Both the position numbers and the translations under genes were made by a program. Below, piece by piece: positions 25,666 to 34,694 of a stretch of DNA of 64,000 nt (the stretch's first letter is position 1; each line of letters starts with the position of its first letter). The notes beneath the pieces are model-generated. The model did no database searches. It was given only the letters and a program-made list of their open reading frames with translations, and was not told the origin of the DNA. Source of the DNA: a virus. The DNA is taken from the IMG/VR virus record IMGVR_UViG_2842363717_000002, positions 14 to 64,013 of that record, one strand, 5' to 3'.

Positions 25666-26432
25666 GCTGCGTCCTCTTGTGTAAAATCTTCTGGAAAGTT
25701 GAGATAGCAGTTGCCGACGCCCCACGCCGCCACGGCAGCGTTGTCATAGGCAAGCGCCGCATTGCGCGGGTCCGCGAATAGCCCGATGTGGCCGTAGTCT
25801 CCATTTATGCGAAGCCTAGCGGCCCATTTACCGGTTGACTTGTGAAACGACACGCCCTTGTAGGTATTGCGAGGAAGGGCGAAGCGAACAGCCGTAACCA
25901 GTTTTACTAGTTCGTCCTCTGTGCGTCGCCGCCCTGGCTTACCCTTCTTTGACTCGCTCATCTTTAGGCGAGTCTCCTCTGTGTGGGTCTTGCCCGTGCT
26001 GGCGATGCGAAGCTTTTCTCGCTGCTCTGCGCCAATAATCTGGCCCTTGCGAGCCAAGCTCATTTTTGCCCGTGCCTCGTCACTCATTGGGCCGCGAACT
26101 ATGCCTTTCATTGACGCACTCTTTTTCGCGCGCGTTTCTTCGCTTTGGATCTGCCCAGACGCGCCGTCTCCGCCGTCCGTCTTGTTGATCAGCAGGCCGC
26201 CCATCTCGCGGCGACCGTACTTTTCGATCAGTTCGACTTCATAGGCGTGCGCCTGAGACTCATGGATAAACCAGTCGACAATTTCGACTGAACATCCGCC
26301 CTCATCATAGATTTCTCGGAATTCTTTTGATCGACGCGCTAGACTTACTTCGTAAGCCCTGCGGTCCCTGCCCTTCCCAACGTAGAAAGGGGTGCCAGAC
26401 GCATCGCGCCAAATATACGTGTAGAATTCCAT
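25662..26432 (-). CDS. GIY-YIG homing endonuclease with NUMOD3 repeats and AP2-like domain
   Basis: FYTY...FYVGKG; HTEETRLKMSESKKG; YKGVSFHK..GKWAARL. Confidence 0.8.
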   Translation of the reverse strand: MEFYTYIWRDASGTPFYVGKGRDRRAYEVSLARRSKEFREIYDEGGCSVEIVDWFIHESQAHAYEVELIEKYGRREMGGLLINKTDGGDGASGQIQSEETRAKKSASMKGIVRGPMSDEARAKMSLARKGQIIGAEQREKLRIASTGKTHTEETRLKMSESKKGKPGRRRTEDELVKLVTAVRFALPRNTYKGVSFHKSTGKWAARLRINGDYGHIGLFADPRNAALAYDNAAVAAWGVGNCYLNFPEDFTQEDAA

Positions 26433-26556
26433 CGCGAGTATCCCTCTCACTATCCAATGTAGGCGCTTGGCAGGCGGTTGGATGACCGCTTTTCGGGAGC
26501 TACCCTAGCCAAGCAACTGGTATATAGTCGGCTGACCGCCTATAATCAACTCTGAG

Positions 26557-27006
26557 TTAGGAGATCCTGGCAGTACGCGTCGGGATGCCGTCGAACTGAA
26601 TATCGAGCTCGGCAGTGACCTTCGTGCCGCGTTCGGCGGCGTTATTGATCGAGGCGAGGTAGGCGGCGCCAGATTCGTATTCGGTGTCACCGATCGCCGC
26701 ATTGACGTGGTGAATACGGATGTTCTTCGGCTGTCCGGCACCCCACCAATCAAGCAGAAGCTCGTGCGACTGCGAAGCCCATACGCCAGAGGCGGAAACC
26801 GTCACTTCAGACGACTGAACGGCGCGCTCTACCTGCGCAGGCAAAGACTCGTCGTCACACGACGGAACCTCGGAAGTCTGCATGTTGTGCTGGCGATTAA
26901 CGCCTCTGGAAGTCAGGCCGCAGATCTTGCTGTAAACGCCGCTACCTGCGGTCACCTCGACCTCAAGTACCATCTGATGAAAATTAGCTGTACCCGCATA
27001 TGCCAT
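26557..27006 (-). CDS. major tail tube protein
   Basis: ICGLTSR, SEVTVSASGVW; synteny. Confidence 0.75.
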   Translation of the reverse strand: MAYAGTANFHQMVLEVEVTAGSGVYSKICGLTSRGVNRQHNMQTSEVPSCDDESLPAQVERAVQSSEVTVSASGVWASQSHELLLDWWGAGQPKNIRIHHVNAAIGDTEYESGAAYLASINNAAERGTKVTAELDIQFDGIPTRTARIS

Positions 27007-27027
27007 TTGGTTTTCCTTTCACGGCAA

Positions 27028-27060
27028 AGAAAAACCGCCGGGTGGTTGCGGCGGTTCGCT
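27028..27060 (-). terminator. intrinsic terminator
   Basis: AACCGCCG/CGGCGGTT stem with a U-tract on the minus strand. Confidence 0.6.
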
Positions 27061-27083
27061 AATGCACTTGTTGTTTGTGTGTG

Positions 27084-27899
27084 TTAGGCTGCCATTTGAT
27101 ATTTGGCGCCCTTGCTCATGTTATCGGAGCCCCATAATGGCTGCAGGTTGTCTAAGCACCATGCCATCTTGAATTGCTCGCATTCTGGAGTTTCGTATTG
27201 GAATGAAGCTAGCGGCCGCTCATGATCGATGTGCCACTCGCCATAATTATCCCAAGACATTCCGTCGACAAACTTGCGCTCGAGATGAGTTTTCAGTTCA
27301 TCAATCGAGTAGCCGAGGATCTCGAAAGTCCTCTTTCCTGCTTTTTCGCTTCCGCCTATAGCTCGGCGAACCGCTGTCCGCATTGTCCACTCAAGATGTC
27401 CCTGCGGAGTTGACCTCTTGATATCGTTGTATCGTTTGGCGGACGCGCGCACCTTGTCGCGATTGTCGTCCGCCCATTTCCTTGAGCGCTCAGCGCTGAC
27501 TGTCTTGGAACATGGCTTGCACACAATCTGCTTTGCGTGTTTGCGCTCAAATCCGTCTCCGCACCTGTCGCATGAGACTGTAAAACCAATAATCACTGGC
27601 TGGCGGCGCACAGAGTCATATGCGCGCTCACGTTCACGCCTGACTTCAACGCTGCAATCATCGCAGTATTTATGCGTCGCACCACCGTTGCAGGCGGCGA
27701 CAACGCCACAGCGTTCACAAGTGTAATTACGAGTTGGCTTCCGATTTTTGGAGCGATATTCAGCATTAGTCACCTCCTTGCGACGACACTTGCAGGAGTC
27801 GCAATAGAGACGCTTTCGGCTTTTGGTGGAAATCGTTTCTCCGCAATCGGCACAGCCGATCACGATTTCGCTCATCGGAGCCCTTGTTTTCTTGCTCAT
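27084..27899 (-). CDS. HNH endonuclease with multiple Zn ribbons
   Basis: Repeated CxxC; WDNYGEWHIDHERP...NLQPLW..DNMSKG. Confidence 0.85.
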   Translation of the reverse strand: MSKKTRAPMSEIVIGCADCGETISTKSRKRLYCDSCKCRRKEVTNAEYRSKNRKPTRNYTCERCGVVAACNGGATHKYCDDCSVEVRRERERAYDSVRRQPVIIGFTVSCDRCGDGFERKHAKQIVCKPCSKTVSAERSRKWADDNRDKVRASAKRYNDIKRSTPQGHLEWTMRTAVRRAIGGSEKAGKRTFEILGYSIDELKTHLERKFVDGMSWDNYGEWHIDHERPLASFQYETPECEQFKMAWCLDNLQPLWGSDNMSKGAKYQMAA

Positions 27900-27936
27900 A
27901 AAACCTCCAGATATGTGAGTATACCTAGTGTCGTTT

Positions 27937-27950
27937 TACAAATTTGTCAA
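27937..27950 (-). promoter_or_regulatory. TTGACAAATTTGTA motif (copy 2)
   Basis: Directly upstream of the HNH gene. Confidence 0.65.
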
Positions 27951-28127
27951 GTTTTCGTGCTGGTGGCTTTGTTAGCGTCGCCCGCCCTGTAGAAACCGCG
28001 TATTCGACGAAATCTCGAGGCCACGATTGCGGCTCCGCTTTCGGCTTAGCGTTGAAGCTAAACTTTGATCGAGGCCGGCTCCAATTCACCTCTTGATGAA
28101 CCATCATCCACGCCATGCGTTCACCCG

Positions 28128-28541
28128 TCATTCTGGCTCTTCGATGCTGGCCGTTACGCTCGCCACGCCATGCGTTGTGAGCCCGTCGGAGTCGGTAAAG
28201 ACGCGTCGAAAATCCACGCGGATTTCTGCCAAGGCGTTGGCGGTGAGCGTCAACTCAGCTTCGTGAAGCGCGCGATAGATCAGATCGACGATGTTCTTCG
28301 CCTCGACCTGCCCGACAGCTTTGCTCCACACGTCCAACTGGAACGAGTGGGTGCCGCTGACAGAGCAATCGGCACCGTCATCAACCACATCAGTAGGTCC
28401 GAAGCTGATGTAGGCAGTCTTGTCTTTGTAAGGGTCGGCAGGCACGCGATCGTAAACCCCGCCAGCCAAAGCCATGATAGCGGTCGACGCGCGCAGCGTG
28501 TCGTATAGGAGCTTTTGCAGCTCAGCCTGTGCGCCCATCAA
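28128..28541 (-). CDS. tail terminator/completion protein (DUF3168-like)
   Basis: GGVYDRVP..AYISFG..QLDVWS. Confidence 0.8.
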   Translation of the reverse strand: MMGAQAELQKLLYDTLRASTAIMALAGGVYDRVPADPYKDKTAYISFGPTDVVDDGADCSVSGTHSFQLDVWSKAVGQVEAKNIVDLIYRALHEAELTLTANALAEIRVDFRRVFTDSDGLTTHGVASVTASIEEPE

Positions 28542-29029
28542 TCAGCCTCACCTTGCGTCACCGGCCCAACGAATTTGATCGCCTTTTTCATCTCGCGCTT
28601 GATGCGAGACTGAATGCGTTTCTTGAGGGCGCGATATGATGGAAAGAAAAACGGATGCGCTCTGGTGCCAGGATGGCCGTGGGCGACGCCCTTGAAACTC
28701 TTGTTGCCGCCGCCGGTCGCTACATTGTGTGGAGCGGTACCGAACTCGACAAAAGCCGCGTAATAGGCTTTGGCGTTGCCAGCATAAACGGTTATGCGGA
28801 TGCCTCGCTCATTGGGATCGCTTTGAGCGATAACTGCAGAGCCTGCCGGTGCGGCTCCCCATGTCCAGCCAATGCTGTCACGAAGGTCTCCGTCATCGAC
28901 CGGTGCCAAGCGCTTCATCATTTTGACGAGCTCTTCGGCGCCGGCTTCCATTGCGGGCCTAGCGGCCGCTTCGACGCGCTTGGGCAGCGCGGCGACAGCC
29001 TTCTTTAGTTCGGAAACGCCTTGAACCAT
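28538..29029 (-). CDS. HK97 gp10-like tail component
   Basis: APVDDGDLRDSI, YAAFVEFGT, HPFFFPS. Confidence 0.85.
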   Translation of the reverse strand: MVQGVSELKKAVAALPKRVEAAARPAMEAGAEELVKMMKRLAPVDDGDLRDSIGWTWGAAPAGSAVIAQSDPNERGIRITVYAGNAKAYYAAFVEFGTAPHNVATGGGNKSFKGVAHGHPGTRAHPFFFPSYRALKKRIQSRIKREMKKAIKFVGPVTQGEAD

Positions 29030-29052
29030 CTACCGGCCGCCTTACGCTCGCC

Positions 29053-29391
29053 CTACGGAACAACCCCGCGCTCGCAGAGGAGATCAATCCACTTATTATC
29101 GGTGGATGCCGTGACGTCTCTGATCGCGTATTCGACATTGGTGCGGGTATCCGTTACCCGCCAATCTGCCGTAATGCGCCTCGTTGCAGTGTGCGATCGA
29201 ACGCGGATGACTTGCAGATGGCGATTTTCGAGCCTGGCCGCGATTACAGCCTCGCCGCCGCGCAGATTGATGTATTCCGCAGCGTCTTGAAACTGCTCGA
29301 TCCACCCGGCGACAGTGTTGCCGTATCCGTCATCCTGCTCGTTCCGTACAGCAAAGGAGACGCGTTCTTTTAGCGCGCCCGCAGTCATCAC
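29053..29391 (-). CDS. head-closure/head-tail adaptor
   Basis: GALKERVSF...D.YG; synteny. Confidence 0.8.
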   Translation of the reverse strand: MMTAGALKERVSFAVRNEQDDGYGNTVAGWIEQFQDAAEYINLRGGEAVIAARLENRHLQVIRVRSHTATRRITADWRVTDTRTNVEYAIRDVTASTDNKWIDLLCERGVVP

Positions 29392-29816
29392 GGGCTAGCC
29401 ACGCCGGAGTACTGAACATCAAGGTTCAGAACGGTTGTCGACGCGGCCAGACCCATGAGTGTGAAGTAGTCGCCGCCGGTGATGTCGGCAACAGGGCAAA
29501 GTTTGCCGGGTGTGTCCGAAAGATAATAGGCGGTCCCGGCTGTGAGCACGGCGCCAACAGTTACCTGCGTACCGGGCATGGCGACCACGACGGGCTGATT
29601 GAGGGCAGCGCTGTTGAGCGCCATGCCAATATTGCCAGTCAGGCCACGCGCCTCAGCGGCTGCAGCATCGCTGTCGGCGAGTTGCCATTTGCCGGTCGTG
29701 GTGGAGTCGAGATAGACGATGTCGCCGGCTGCGATAGTTGCACCAGCGATGCCTGTTTTTGTTTGCGCGCTTGCGCCAGCGACCACATTGGCCGCCGTGA
29801 TTACGATGTCTGCCAT
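29388..29816 (-). CDS. structural protein (capsid cement/decoration-like)
   Basis: Gly/Ala-rich AGATIAAGDIVY; position in the head-tail region. Confidence 0.5.
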   Translation of the reverse strand: MADIVITAANVVAGASAQTKTGIAGATIAAGDIVYLDSTTTGKWQLADSDAAAAEARGLTGNIGMALNSAALNQPVVVAMPGTQVTVGAVLTAGTAYYLSDTPGKLCPVADITGGDYFTLMGLAASTTVLNLDVQYSGVASP

Positions 29817-29834
29817 GGAAAATTCTCCTGCGGC

Positions 29835-30374
29835 TTAGCCGCGTCTGTGGTTGCAAAGCAGCGCGTCAAACGCAGTCCAGCCCGGCGGCGCGTCGTTCTC
29901 GCGCTTCTCGTAGGCTTCGGCGATCCAAAGCAGCATTGCGTGTTTGATGGATGGAGGCAGCGCGGTATATCCAACAACGGCAGTCAAAGTGATGCGCGAT
30001 CCATTGCGAGGGACCGGCCACTGCTTGCCATAAGCGGGTTTTATTGATGCCTCTAGGCCGTCAAATCGCCCCTCAAAATCGCCTGGAGCAACGGTAGCAT
30101 CCGTGCCATCGGTGGCGACGTACGCGATTGAGGTGACCGACTGCACCGGCGCCATAGGAAGCCGGCCAAAATCGCAGAAGGCGTCGCATTTCACTTCGAC
30201 TGTCTGCGTTGCCAGTGGCGTGTTGCAGTATCGCTCGACATAATCTCGTGCCGCAGCGATTAGCGCCTGAAAAAGTGCGTCGTCATCATTATGAAGGACG
30301 ACACACTGACGCTTCGCCTCCTCGACGGAAACGGGATCAGTCGGCGCCTGCGTCACCTTCTGCGGATACCACAT
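29835..30374 (-). CDS. head-tail connector (gp6-like)
   Basis: PVSVEEAK, IAAARDYVERYC, LPPSIKHAMLL. Confidence 0.85.
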   Translation of the reverse strand: MWYPQKVTQAPTDPVSVEEAKRQCVVLHNDDDALFQALIAAARDYVERYCNTPLATQTVEVKCDAFCDFGRLPMAPVQSVTSIAYVATDGTDATVAPGDFEGRFDGLEASIKPAYGKQWPVPRNGSRITLTAVVGYTALPPSIKHAMLLWIAEAYEKRENDAPPGWTAFDALLCNHRRG

Positions 30375-30549
30375 TCGCCTTGCCCTTCTTGCGAGCCGGC
30401 GCTGCGACCGGAGCATCATCAGCGTCTGCCTTAACGGCGAAGCCTGCATCAACGATGCGTTCGGCCTCGGCGTCATCAAATTCGTGCTCGTCGCCAGGCG
30501 CCAAGTTGAATTCTGGGCCGGAAAGACCGGCAGTCATTTTCAAAAGCAT
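30337..30549 (-). CDS. small head-region protein
   Basis: ORF after the capsid gene; AERIVDAGFA. Confidence 0.6.
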   Translation of the reverse strand: MLLKMTAGLSGPEFNLAPGDEHEFDDAEAERIVDAGFAVKADADDAPVAAPARKKGKANVVSAEGDAGAD

Positions 30550-30600
30550 GTCGCCTCCTGAAAAGAGAGGCGGGCCAGCCTAAGCCAGCCCGCCGTTCGA

Positions 30601-31875
30601 TTAAGCCTGAATCAGATACTTAACGGACGCCGTGTCGAGCAACTCTCCGTCGAAGCGGATGAGACCGGCGATGCCGAGATCCGGCCAGAAACGCTCGCGC
30701 AGGACGCCGATAACCGGAGAGCCAACCTTGCGGACCCAGTACTTGCCGAGATCGCCGAAGAGGATGGTCTTGTTGCCGGTCGCAATGTTCGCCATCGCCT
30801 GGTTGATGACGTAGCGATAGCCAAGCAGAGTGCCGGGAGCGCCTTCCTTGACGTTGCCCATCTGCCAGAGGTAGTTGCCCTGACCGTCCTTCAGCTTGCG
30901 GATGGCCGCCAGCGTCAAGTCGTTGAACATGAAGCTGACCTTCGGCGAGATGCGGTATGCCGGGTCAACAGCGTGCGACAGGTCGATGATTTCGTCAGCG
31001 GCAATTGCCGTGGCCGAGACAGCTGTCTTGCCGAGGGTGGAGGCGGTCACGATGCCGTTCGGAGCGCTCGAGCCCGTGCCGGTCGTCAGCTGTGCGTTGG
31101 CGAGACGGCCGAGACGTTCGCCGAGCAGGTCAGCAAGCAGCGATTCCATGTTGAAGATGGAGTCCTGCGCGAGCTGCCAAGAGAACTTCACGAACTTCGT
31201 GTTGAAGTCGTAGGCCTCGAGCTGCTTCTGGCCGAAGACCGCGTCGGCAGAACCGTCGTCAGTCAGCGCCGTGCCTTCCGTGCCCTGGACGCCAGTCTTG
31301 CTGGTGTCGTCGGTCGTCGGGATCGGCAGTGCGTTGCCAGAAGTCGTGTTGAGTTCGCTGACGATGCTGCCATCGTACATCGGACCCCATGCCTTCATGG
31401 AGCGAACGAGCATATTCTGCAGTTCGACCGGGACAGTGTAACCGCCAGCGGCGTTCGTGCCACCGGTCTGGATACGCTGTTCGATGTTCTCTGTGCCTGC
31501 GCGCAGAACCTTGCGCTCTTCGCCATCCAGGGCGTCAAGCGAGGCGCCGTTGGCGAGGAACTTGAAGAATACTTCGCGATATTCGGCCTTTTCGCCGGTC
31601 TCGGAACCAGCGGCTCGGTCTTCGCCAGCGGCGCCGGGACGCTTCTTGGCGCGCTCTTCATCCTGCCGAGCAGCGAAGCGTGCTTCGAGTGCGGCCTGGT
31701 CTTCTTCGCGCTTGATGTTGCGCTCGACGCGGTCGAACTCTGCCATGATAGTGTCGTGGCGCTGTTCGAGCTCGACGGAACGGGCTTCGTCGGTGTTCTT
31801 TTTGATTTCGTCCAGGGCGGCGCGGGCTTCCGTTACGAGACGGCCGCGCTTTTCCTGCAGCTCAGTGAGAGTCAT
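30601..31875 (-). CDS. HK97-fold major capsid protein
   Basis: N-terminal coiled-coil delta domain; GGYTVP; LTTGTG..P.GI; GDLGKY. Confidence 0.95.
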   Translation of the reverse strand: MTLTELQEKRGRLVTEARAALDEIKKNTDEARSVELEQRHDTIMAEFDRVERNIKREEDQAALEARFAARQDEERAKKRPGAAGEDRAAGSETGEKAEYREVFFKFLANGASLDALDGEERKVLRAGTENIEQRIQTGGTNAAGGYTVPVELQNMLVRSMKAWGPMYDGSIVSELNTTSGNALPIPTTDDTSKTGVQGTEGTALTDDGSADAVFGQKQLEAYDFNTKFVKFSWQLAQDSIFNMESLLADLLGERLGRLANAQLTTGTGSSAPNGIVTASTLGKTAVSATAIAADEIIDLSHAVDPAYRISPKVSFMFNDLTLAAIRKLKDGQGNYLWQMGNVKEGAPGTLLGYRYVINQAMANIATGNKTILFGDLGKYWVRKVGSPVIGVLRERFWPDLGIAGLIRFDGELLDTASVKYLIQA

Positions 31876-31951
31876 GCAAGTCTCCAAATGTGGTGTGGGT
31901 TGGTGCTATTGGCAGGACGTCTGTCCGGCCCTCCGGCTGGCGACCGGGTGA

Positions 31952-32590
31952 CTACGCGACGTCCTGCCGGATGCCGCGAATCTTTTGTTCCATAGCCGCC
32001 CGCTTCTCAGCGATCCGGCGCGCAGCCGCGGCTGCGTTTTCAGCCTTGCGGCGCTCCGCATCTTCGCGCTCGCCGCCCTCTGCCCTCGCCGCCTCTAGCG
32101 AGCGCAGGCCTATGCTTGTTCCGCTGTAGGCCGGCGTGGTGACGATGGAAACATCGCGGAGCGACACCTTCTTCAAAGTGCGTGTCGGCGGCTCCTGCGT
32201 ATCGTCCCACTCCTGTACGTCCGCGCGGAAGGCAAACGACATCTTGCTCAGGTCGCCTCGCTTCATCTTGCCGACGATTGCCTTGACGTCCGGATCTTCT
32301 GCATCGAGCATGGTCTCCATGTAGAGGCCGCGCTCATCCTCGCGCAGCGTCAGAGTCCCCGAGCTCGTCCTGGCGAGCGGAAGGCCATCGTGATTGACAA
32401 GGAAGACAACATCGTCGCGGCCGATCGCATCGCGAAACGCTCCGCGCTCGATAACTTCTCTAAAGAAGTTGCCTATATCCGTCGTCTCTCCGAATACGGC
32501 GGCATAACCGCTTACCTTGATGCCGCTTTCGTCTGCGCGGATCTCAGCCGGAACGCCGCCGCGCGTCTCAATTTCGCTAGTGCTTGTCAT
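31952..32590 (-). CDS. HK97 prohead protease
   Basis: GYAAVF, FLVNHD..LAR, MSFAF, DVSIVTTPAY. Confidence 0.93.
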   Translation of the reverse strand: MTSTSEIETRGGVPAEIRADESGIKVSGYAAVFGETTDIGNFFREVIERGAFRDAIGRDDVVFLVNHDGLPLARTSSGTLTLREDERGLYMETMLDAEDPDVKAIVGKMKRGDLSKMSFAFRADVQEWDDTQEPPTRTLKKVSLRDVSIVTTPAYSGTSIGLRSLEAARAEGGEREDAERRKAENAAAAARRIAEKRAAMEQKIRGIRQDVA

Positions 32591-33420
32591 GCTGCTATAG
32601 CCTTGTGTTCGGCGTTGTCGTTTGCGGCTACCGGCAGATTGACAAAGCAATCTGGCCCATAGGCAGAGATCGCGGCAGCATCCCTAGCCCTGGCGGCGTC
32701 CTCTGGCGTAGGAAAGCGGCCAAGATTATTTCTTTTGCCATTTATGTTTATGTACGCGTGCCACATGCCGCGAGGCGCATCGAGGGAGACGCCACGGTAC
32801 CCAGAGGTGTTATCAGCCCTCTGTGAAGATTTTTTCTTCGCAGATGTCATCCTATCGTACTCTTCGTCCGACAGTTTGTAGCCCTTGCATGCCTCGGATA
32901 TCTTGGCTCGGGTCTCAGCCGAAACAACCTTACCCCGTTGCGCGTCGCCCATCCTTTTGCGAACCTCTGGCGTCATGGCCGCCCTGATGCCAGCAATTTT
33001 GCGCTCGATAACCTCCGGTCGACGAAGGGCCTCCTGAAGCCTTGCGACGACATCAGGAGTTGCTGCAGCCTTGGCTTTTTCGGAAATCTTTGCACGCACC
33101 TCCGGCGTCTTCCCCACCACGCCATCTCCACCGGATGTGCTATTCGTCAGGCGAGCACCACCTTCTAGATATTGAGCGATAATCTCAACCTCCTTGGTGG
33201 TGGCCTCCTCCCGAGAAAGTCCATCAAGCAGAGTGGTCATCAGGATTTCGCCGCCGCCATCAAGGACAGCCCTAATCCAGTTCGACTTATGTGTGCCAGT
33301 GAATATACGCTTGTGGTCGCGCAGCCTTCTTGATGGACGGCACGTTATCCCGACATACCTAACGACATCAGGTGACCGAGAGTCGGCCAACGCATAAACC
33401 ATCCACGTATTTTTGGTCAT
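32587..33420 (-). CDS. GIY-YIG homing endonuclease with NUMOD3/AP2 domains
   Basis: VYAL..VRYVGIT; NTSGYRGVS..WHAYI; ends AANDNAEHKAIAA. Confidence 0.8.
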   Translation of the reverse strand: MTKNTWMVYALADSRSPDVVRYVGITCRPSRRLRDHKRIFTGTHKSNWIRAVLDGGGEILMTTLLDGLSREEATTKEVEIIAQYLEGGARLTNSTSGGDGVVGKTPEVRAKISEKAKAAATPDVVARLQEALRRPEVIERKIAGIRAAMTPEVRKRMGDAQRGKVVSAETRAKISEACKGYKLSDEEYDRMTSAKKKSSQRADNTSGYRGVSLDAPRGMWHAYININGKRNNLGRFPTPEDAARARDAAAISAYGPDCFVNLPVAANDNAEHKAIAA

Positions 33421-34694
33421 GCGGCCTCGGCCTCACTGTCGTTGTTGTCATTGGCCGGCGGATTGGTCGGATTGGTTGCCGACTGCGACTGCTGTGATCC
33501 AAGCGGCACGGTTGCCCCTTGGATGTGAAGCTTGTCCGCCTCTGCGCCCTTGGCCGGCAGGTTTTCGAGCTTACGAACCTCGTCAGGAGTGCGGATGGCG
33601 TTCTGGATCGCGATGCCATAGCCTTCCATCCGGGTCTTGAAGTCGCCGCGGAGAAGTCCGTCGAGATTGTGCTCGATGTAGCGACTGCCCGCCGCCCGCC
33701 CGAAGAACTTCAGGTTGATCTCGTCCTCTAGCGCCTTGGCCCACTGGCCAATCAGGTGCTTTGTGAGGTGCAGATCCTGCTGCTCTACGTTGCTGAAGGT
33801 TGCCCTCGTCAGATCCTGCAGAAAGACCGGAGGCAGCTGGTAGGTCCGAGCGATTTCCTCGACCTGAAAGCGGCGCGCCTCGATCATCTGCCCTTTGGCC
33901 GGGTCAAGACCGACTGGAGACAGATCATATCCTGGCGGAATCGGGAAAACAGATTCCCCAGCACCCTTCGCAGCGTCGACCGAGCGCTTGATGTCAGCCT
34001 GGGCGCGCTTAAGCGCATCGCCATTCGCCGGCAGCGGCCCCTTCAAGGCTAATGGCGGAACGCCACCACCCGCAAAGAAGTTGGAGCCGTAGTCATTCAT
34101 GGCAATCGCGAGTTGGATTGCCTTGGACGCCTGCGCGATCGGGCCGTAGTGCCTCAAACCACAGCTGCGCCGCATAAACGGCACATCAATGACGTCGGCC
34201 GCATCATACGTAATGCCACCATAGCCATAGGTAACCTTTAGGCCGACGCGTTTGATGGTCGTTTTCGTCGGATCCATCGGCCAAAGCGAATCCACGCCCT
34301 GCGGCGTACGCTCGATGTAGGCCAGACCGCGGCCGTGCGTGAAAACCTGTTGCCAGAACCACTGCCAGAACGCGAAAGAGCCAATGCCATCGTTAGGAGC
34401 GATGTTTACGACCGTTTCCAGCCGGCCGGTGATGCGCGTGGCGCCGGTTTTGGTCTCACGATAGGCGTGCCGCGGTAAGGCGGCCAGCGTGCGCGACATA
34501 AAGGCGACAGCCGCCCAAACAGCCGGCACCGTCAGCGCGCTGTCGACCGTGATGGCCGGGAGATTGGCCGAATTGATACCGAAGAACGCCAGAAAATTGT
34601 CGGCGCTCACCGGGATGGTTGGATTCTCGATTGTCGTGCGAGTTTCCGGCGATTGTTCCGCGTTTCGGCGGCTAAACCAGTCTTTTAAAGCCAT
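33417..34694 (-). CDS. HK97-family portal protein
   Basis: VPAVWAAV, EEIARTYQLPP, TFSNVEQQ; ends PANDNNDSEAEAA. Confidence 0.95.
   Translation of the reverse strand: MALKDWFSRRNAEQSPETRTTIENPTIPVSADNFLAFFGINSANLPAITVDSALTVPAVWAAVAFMSRTLAALPRHAYRETKTGATRITGRLETVVNIAPNDGIGSFAFWQWFWQQVFTHGRGLAYIERTPQGVDSLWPMDPTKTTIKRVGLKVTYGYGGITYDAADVIDVPFMRRSCGLRHYGPIAQASKAIQLAIAMNDYGSNFFAGGGVPPLALKGPLPANGDALKRAQADIKRSVDAAKGAGESVFPIPPGYDLSPVGLDPAKGQMIEARRFQVEEIARTYQLPPVFLQDLTRATFSNVEQQDLHLTKHLIGQWAKALEDEINLKFFGRAAGSRYIEHNLDGLLRGDFKTRMEGYGIAIQNAIRTPDEVRKLENLPAKGAEADKLHIQGATVPLGSQQSQSATNPTNPPANDNNDSEAEAA

Noticed and set aside
30973-31995. Long plus-strand ORFs opposite capsid, tail and other genes (e.g. 30973-31995, 20585-21520, 9654-10550, 44280-45137)
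   Set aside because: Antisense shadows of well-supported genes in GC-rich DNA; no RBS or recognisable motifs.
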